In this document: one piece after another, positions 58,803 to 64,000 of the stretch | Numbering within the stretch: the first letter of the stretch is position 1 | How the letters are laid out: every line of letters begins with the position of its first letter | NCBI GenBank assembly: GCA_965250285.1 | Contig: OZ252299.1 | Location: 2,592,001 to 2,656,000, forward strand | From: Myxococcota bacterium | GTDB lineage: Bacteria; Myxococcota_A; UBA9160; UBA4427 | Reading direction: 5' to 3' | DNA: 64,000 nucleotides | Notes under the pieces: model-generated | What the model was told of the DNA's origin: nothing | Seen by the model: the letters and a program-made list of their open reading frames with translations, nothing else | Databases searched by the model: none | Program-made: the position numbers and the translations under genes

Positions 58803-60377
58803 GTGAACGAGGTGAGCGGGACCTTCTACGTCACCACGCCGATCTACTACGTGAACGCCGACCCTCATATCGGCCACACGTACACGACCGTGCTCGCCGA
58901 TGCGCTCGCGCGCCACCACCGGCTGTATGGCGACGACACGTTCTTCCTGACGGGCAGCGACGAGCACGGGGAAAAGGTCGCCGAGGCCGCGCGCGCCCAG
59001 GGCCGACCCGTCGCCGAGGTCGCAGATCACTTCGCCACCGTCTTCAAGGAGACGTGGGACGACCTCGGCATCTCGTACGATCGCTACATCCGAACCACCG
59101 ACAGTGATCACGTACGCGTCGTGCAGGACATTCTCCAGCGTGTGTACGACGCGGGCGAGATCACCTTCGACGAGTACGAGGGGCTCTACTGCGTCGGTTG
59201 TGAGCGTTTTCTCACCGACCGCGACATGGTCGACGGCCTCTGCAAGGATCACCTGACCAAGCCCGAGCCGCGCAAGGAGAAGAACTACTTCTTCCAGATG
59301 GGCCGACACTTCGAGTGGCTCAAGGCCCACATCGAAGCGAACCCCGACTTCATCCGCCCCGAGCGCTATCGCAACGAAGTGTTGTCGATGCTGAGCGAGG
59401 AGAGCGGCCTCGGTGGCGCGCTCTCGATCTCGCGCCCGAAGTCTCGCCTCGAGTGGGGCATCGAGCTGCCCTTCGACAACGACTACGTCTGCTACGTCTG
59501 GTTCGACGCGCTGATCAACTATCTCTCGGGCATCGGCTTCGAAGGCAACCCGAAGTTCGAGTCGTACTGGGGCGTCGTCGAGCACCTGATCGGCAAGGAC
59601 ATCCTGAAGCCGCACGCGGTGTTCTGGCCGTGCATGCTGCACGCGATCGGCCTCGACCCCTTCAAACGGCTCAACGTGCACGGCTACTGGAACGTCGACA
59701 GCCACAAGGTGTCGAAGAGTCTCGGCAACATGATCTCGCCGGTCGCCATGAAGGAGAAGTACGGCTTCGAGGCGTTTCGCTACTTCCTGCTGCGCGAGAT
59801 GAGCTTCGGCCTCGATTCGAACTTCAGCGAAGACCTGCTCGTTGCGCGCATCAACGCCGACCTGGCCAACAACCTCGGCAACCTCGTCTCGCGCACGCTC
59901 AACATGACCGGTCGCTTCGCCGACGGCGTCGTACCCGAGCCCGGCGAGATCTTCGACGAGGAGCGCACCGTGCAGGAGCAGGCCGCGCGCTCGATCCAGG
60001 AGGTCGACGCCCAGATGCGCGCCATCGCGCCGCATCGAGCGCTCGAGTCGCTCTTTGCGCTCGTCGACGAAACGAATCGCTACCTCGAGATCCGCGAGCC
60101 GTGGAAGGCCGCGAAGGATCCCGAGCTCGCCGAGCGCGTGCGCACGACGCTCTACACGTGCTGCGAGTCGCTCCGGGTCATCGCGCTGCTCGTGTCTCCC
60201 TTTCTGCCCGAGACGGCCGACGAGATCCTCGCACGCCTCGGCCTCGGACCCGCCGGCGAGAGTGACTCGCTGCCCGACGCCGCCGCGTGGGGTGCCCTCC
60301 CCGTCGGCAATGCCACGACGAAGGGCAAACCGCTCTTCCCGCGCATCGATCCGCCCGAGTCGGCGGACGGCGACTGA
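58803..60377 (+). CDS. metG: Methionyl-tRNA synthetase (short form)
   Basis: TTPIYYVN, HIGH, YVWFDAL and KVSKS motifs. Confidence 0.97.
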   Translation: MNEVSGTFYVTTPIYYVNADPHIGHTYTTVLADALARHHRLYGDDTFFLTGSDEHGEKVAEAARAQGRPVAEVADHFATVFKETWDDLGISYDRYIRTTDSDHVRVVQDILQRVYDAGEITFDEYEGLYCVGCERFLTDRDMVDGLCKDHLTKPEPRKEKNYFFQMGRHFEWLKAHIEANPDFIRPERYRNEVLSMLSEESGLGGALSISRPKSRLEWGIELPFDNDYVCYVWFDALINYLSGIGFEGNPKFESYWGVVEHLIGKDILKPHAVFWPCMLHAIGLDPFKRLNVHGYWNVDSHKVSKSLGNMISPVAMKEKYGFEAFRYFLLREMSFGLDSNFSEDLLVARINADLANNLGNLVSRTLNMTGRFADGVVPEPGEIFDEERTVQEQAARSIQEVDAQMRAIAPHRALESLFALVDETNRYLEIREPWKAAKDPELAERVRTTLYTCCESLRVIALLVSPFLPETADEILARLGLGPAGESDSLPDAAAWGALPVGNATTKGKPLFPRIDPPESADGD

Positions 60378-60388
60378 GGAGCGACACC

Positions 60389-61177
<789 letters not shown>

Positions 61178-61203
61178 ACGCATTCGAAAGGCGAACCCGA
61201 CCG

Positions 61204-62013
61204 ATGCCCCTCGACGTCGATGCCCTCGAGCCCGAGCTACGCGACGTGCACGATCTCGCCGTGCGCCTCGCGCGCGAAGCGGCGAAGATCCAGCGCGACC
61301 GCTACGAGACCGATCTGGACATCAACACGAAGGGCACGACGATCGACCTCGTCACAGAAGTCGATCACGCCTGCGAGGCGCTGATCGTCGGCGAGATCGA
61401 ACGGCTGCGCCCCGACGACGCGATCCTCGCCGAGGAGGGCGGCGGCCGCGACCGTGAGGGCGCCGAGTGGCGCTGGGTGATCGATCCGCTCGACGGCACC
61501 ACCAACTACGCGCACGGCTTCCCGCGCTTCTGCGTCTCGATCGGCGTCGAGTGGCGCGGCGAACGCGCGGTGGCCGCCGTGCTCGACCCCCTGCTCGACG
61601 AGCTCTTCCTCGCCGTCAAGGGACACGGGGCCTTCGTCAACCAACGCCAGCTCCAGGTGTCGAGCGAGCCCGACCTCGGCAACGCGCTGATTGCCACGGG
61701 TTTCGCCTACGACGTGCGCAAGAGCCGCGAAGACAACGTCGCCGAGTTCGCGCGCGTGCTGAAGGGTGCACGCGGGCTGCGCCGCGACGGCAGCGCGGCC
61801 CTCGACCTCTGCTACGTGGCCGCGGGCCGACTCGACGCGTACTGGGAGCAGAAGCTGCAAGCCTGGGACGTCGCCGCGGGCATCCTGATCGTCGAAGAGG
61901 CGCAGGGTCGCGTGACCGACATGCAGGGTGGCCCCGCGCCGTCGACCGGCCGACAGATCGTCGCCAGCAACGGCCGACTCCACGACGCGATCCTCGAGCG
62001 GCTCGGCGGATGA
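61204..62013 (+). CDS. suhB: Inositol monophosphatase family protein
   Basis: DLVTEVD, WVIDPLDGTTNY, GSAALDL and WDVAAG motifs. Confidence 0.9.
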   Translation: MPLDVDALEPELRDVHDLAVRLAREAAKIQRDRYETDLDINTKGTTIDLVTEVDHACEALIVGEIERLRPDDAILAEEGGGRDREGAEWRWVIDPLDGTTNYAHGFPRFCVSIGVEWRGERAVAAVLDPLLDELFLAVKGHGAFVNQRQLQVSSEPDLGNALIATGFAYDVRKSREDNVAEFARVLKGARGLRRDGSAALDLCYVAAGRLDAYWEQKLQAWDVAAGILIVEEAQGRVTDMQGGPAPSTGRQIVASNGRLHDAILERLGG

Positions 62014-63839
62014 CACCGCGCTCGTTCGCCTCGCCGCGCGCCGTCGTACCCACCCGCCGGGTCGCGCGCGGCCGACGTCTTGGCGCCGCCTGGCGAATCA
62101 CTTCGAGTCTGGGCGTGCTGCTCGCTGCCGCGCTCGGCTGTTCACCGCCCGAGGCGCCCGAGCACACCGCCGCGCGCGCGATCGAGACCCGCGACGCCGC
62201 GGCGCTCGCCGCCACCCTCGACGCCCTCGCCGACGACGAGACCGCCGCGGGTTCGCGCGCGGCACAGCGGACCGCGCTGCTTGCCCAGGCGGCCGAACGT
62301 GGCGGTGCCGAGTCGGTGTCGCTGCTGCTCGGCGCCGGCTGGCCCCTGGATCGCGCCGACGCCACCGGCCGCACCCCGCTGCACGCCGCTGCGGCGGGCG
62401 GCGACGTCGAGGTGATCGCGCTGCTCCTCGCGCGCGGGCACGCGGTCGGCGTCCGCACGATCGAAGGCTGGACGCCGCTTCACGAAGCCGCGCGGAACGG
62501 TCGATTGGATGCAGCGACCGCGCTGCTCGACGCGGGCTCTTCGGTCGACGCGAAGACGACCGGCGACATCACCCCGCTCTATCTCGCGCTGCAGGCCGGC
62601 TCGCCCGACACCACCCGCGTGCTGCTCGAGCGCGGCGCCTCCCTCGACGCCGCATCGGGCGCGGGCTGGTCCGCCGCGATCGTCGCTTCGCAGAGCGGCG
62701 ATGCAGAGACGCTCGCACGCGTCATCGAAGCGGGCGCCGACCCCCTCGCGCTCGGACCGGCGGGCAAGAGCGCGCTGCACATCGCGGCGCGCGCAGGCGA
62801 GGCCGCGCCGATCGAGCTGCTGATCGAACGGGGCGCAGACCCCGAAGCGCGCGACGCAGCGGGCGAGACGGCGCTCCACGTGGCCGCGGCCGCGGGCGCC
62901 ATCGACGCAGCGGCCCCGCTGATCGCCCACGGTGCGTCCCTCGCCCCGGTCCGCTCGGACGGGCGGACGCCGCTTCACGTCGCCCTCGAAGCGAAGCAGC
63001 CCGAGATGGCGATCTGGCTGATCGACGCCGGCGCGCCGACCGATCTGCGCGACGCGGCCGGGCGCGACGCTCTGCTGGCCAGCGTCTGGCGAGGGCAGAC
63101 CGAGGTGACCGCGCATCTGATCGACGCCGGCGCGTCTCTCGACGCGCGTGACTCGAACTCTTGGACGGCCGTGCACACCGCCGCGTACACACACCACCCC
63201 GGCGACCTCGGCGTGCTGATCGAGCGCGGCGCCGACATCGAGGCCGCGACCGACAATGGGCTGCGGCCGCTGCACATCGCCGCGGGGATGGGCGACCCGG
63301 TCGTGGTGGATCTTCTGCTTCGGGCCGGAGCGCAGCTCGATGTGCTCGATGACGAAGGCGACACGCCGATTCACTTTGCCGCGCGCAAGGATCGCGTCGA
63401 CATCCTCGCCGCCCTCGCGGAAGCCGGCATCGCACTCCAGGTCGCCGACGCCAACGGGGGCTCGCCGATGCACTCGGCCGCCCGAGCCGATCGCCCCGAC
63501 GTGATCGAGCTCCTGATCGCGCAGGGTCTCGACGTCGAGGCGCGGACGCAAGATGGACTGCGGCCCCTTCATGCCGCGGCGATGTTCGCCGGCCCCGAGG
63601 TCATCACACTGCTCGTCGACGCCGGGGCCGAGCTCGATCCGCGCAACGGGCTGCGCGCCACGCCGCTGTTCCTGGCCGCACGGGCCGGCCGACTCGAGGC
63701 CGTGCAGGCGCTGGCGGCGCGCGGAGCGGCGCTCGACGCCCGCGCCGTCAGTGGGCTCGGACCACTCGAGGTCGCGCGCAAGGAAGGCCACGGCGACGTC
63801 GCCGCGTGGATCGAGTCGGCGCGTCGAAACGGGGGCTGA
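62010..63839 (+). CDS. Ankyrin-repeat lipoprotein
   Basis: About 16 GxTPLHxAA-type repeats; AALGC lipobox; ATG overlaps the suhB stop. Confidence 0.88.
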   Translation: MTPRSFASPRAVVPTRRVARGRRLGAAWRITSSLGVLLAAALGCSPPEAPEHTAARAIETRDAAALAATLDALADDETAAGSRAAQRTALLAQAAERGGAESVSLLLGAGWPLDRADATGRTPLHAAAAGGDVEVIALLLARGHAVGVRTIEGWTPLHEAARNGRLDAATALLDAGSSVDAKTTGDITPLYLALQAGSPDTTRVLLERGASLDAASGAGWSAAIVASQSGDAETLARVIEAGADPLALGPAGKSALHIAARAGEAAPIELLIERGADPEARDAAGETALHVAAAAGAIDAAAPLIAHGASLAPVRSDGRTPLHVALEAKQPEMAIWLIDAGAPTDLRDAAGRDALLASVWRGQTEVTAHLIDAGASLDARDSNSWTAVHTAAYTHHPGDLGVLIERGADIEAATDNGLRPLHIAAGMGDPVVVDLLLRAGAQLDVLDDEGDTPIHFAARKDRVDILAALAEAGIALQVADANGGSPMHSAARADRPDVIELLIAQGLDVEARTQDGLRPLHAAAMFAGPEVITLLVDAGAELDPRNGLRATPLFLAARAGRLEAVQALAARGAALDARAVSGLGPLEVARKEGHGDVAAWIESARRNGG

Positions 63840-64000
63840 CCGCGCGCCCACTGCGTCTCAGCCGCGAGCGCTGCGTCTCATGCGCAGCCGCCGCGTCTCA
63901 TGCGCCGTCGCTTGACCGAGCGGACGGCGCTGAGCAGAAGCACGCACCCCCACGCCGCGACCGGCGGGCTCAGAGCTGCGGCTCGACCACGCCCTCGACG

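Overview
High-GC bacterial chromosome segment; the gene complement suggests a Myxococcota/deltaproteobacterial-type organism (inference). 1-10.2 kb: copper/silver resistance cluster (partial copA, cusABC-like RND system, DUF2231-like and Cys/His-rich proteins) divergent from a csoR-desaturase-K+ channel operon. It lies downstream of a tmRNA gene (13432-13799, minus) whose 3' end plus terminator is duplicated 2932 bp away, enclosing an integrase-less TetR/SDR mini-cassette. 14-37 kb: accessory genes (two Thr-type sulfatase-like lipoproteins, TPR protein, IPTL-CTERM-like protein, DUF4382/Kazal lipoprotein, Rieske oxygenase, amidohydrolase, TetRs, RND pump, kinase with no visible H-box). 38-64 kb: mostly housekeeping (smpB, panDCB, rsmA, tsaD, dksA, tol cluster without pal, pepA, rpoH-like, moaB, moaD-moaE fusion, bactofilin, holB, metG, tatD, suhB, ankyrin lipoprotein). 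Best novelty candidates: a long, switch-like structured RNA leader with terminator upstream of panBCD; the att-flanked mini-element at ssrA; the CsoR-linked desaturase/channel operon; and four exported split-barrel-like paralogues. All calls come from reading motifs by eye; no searches or folding programs were run.
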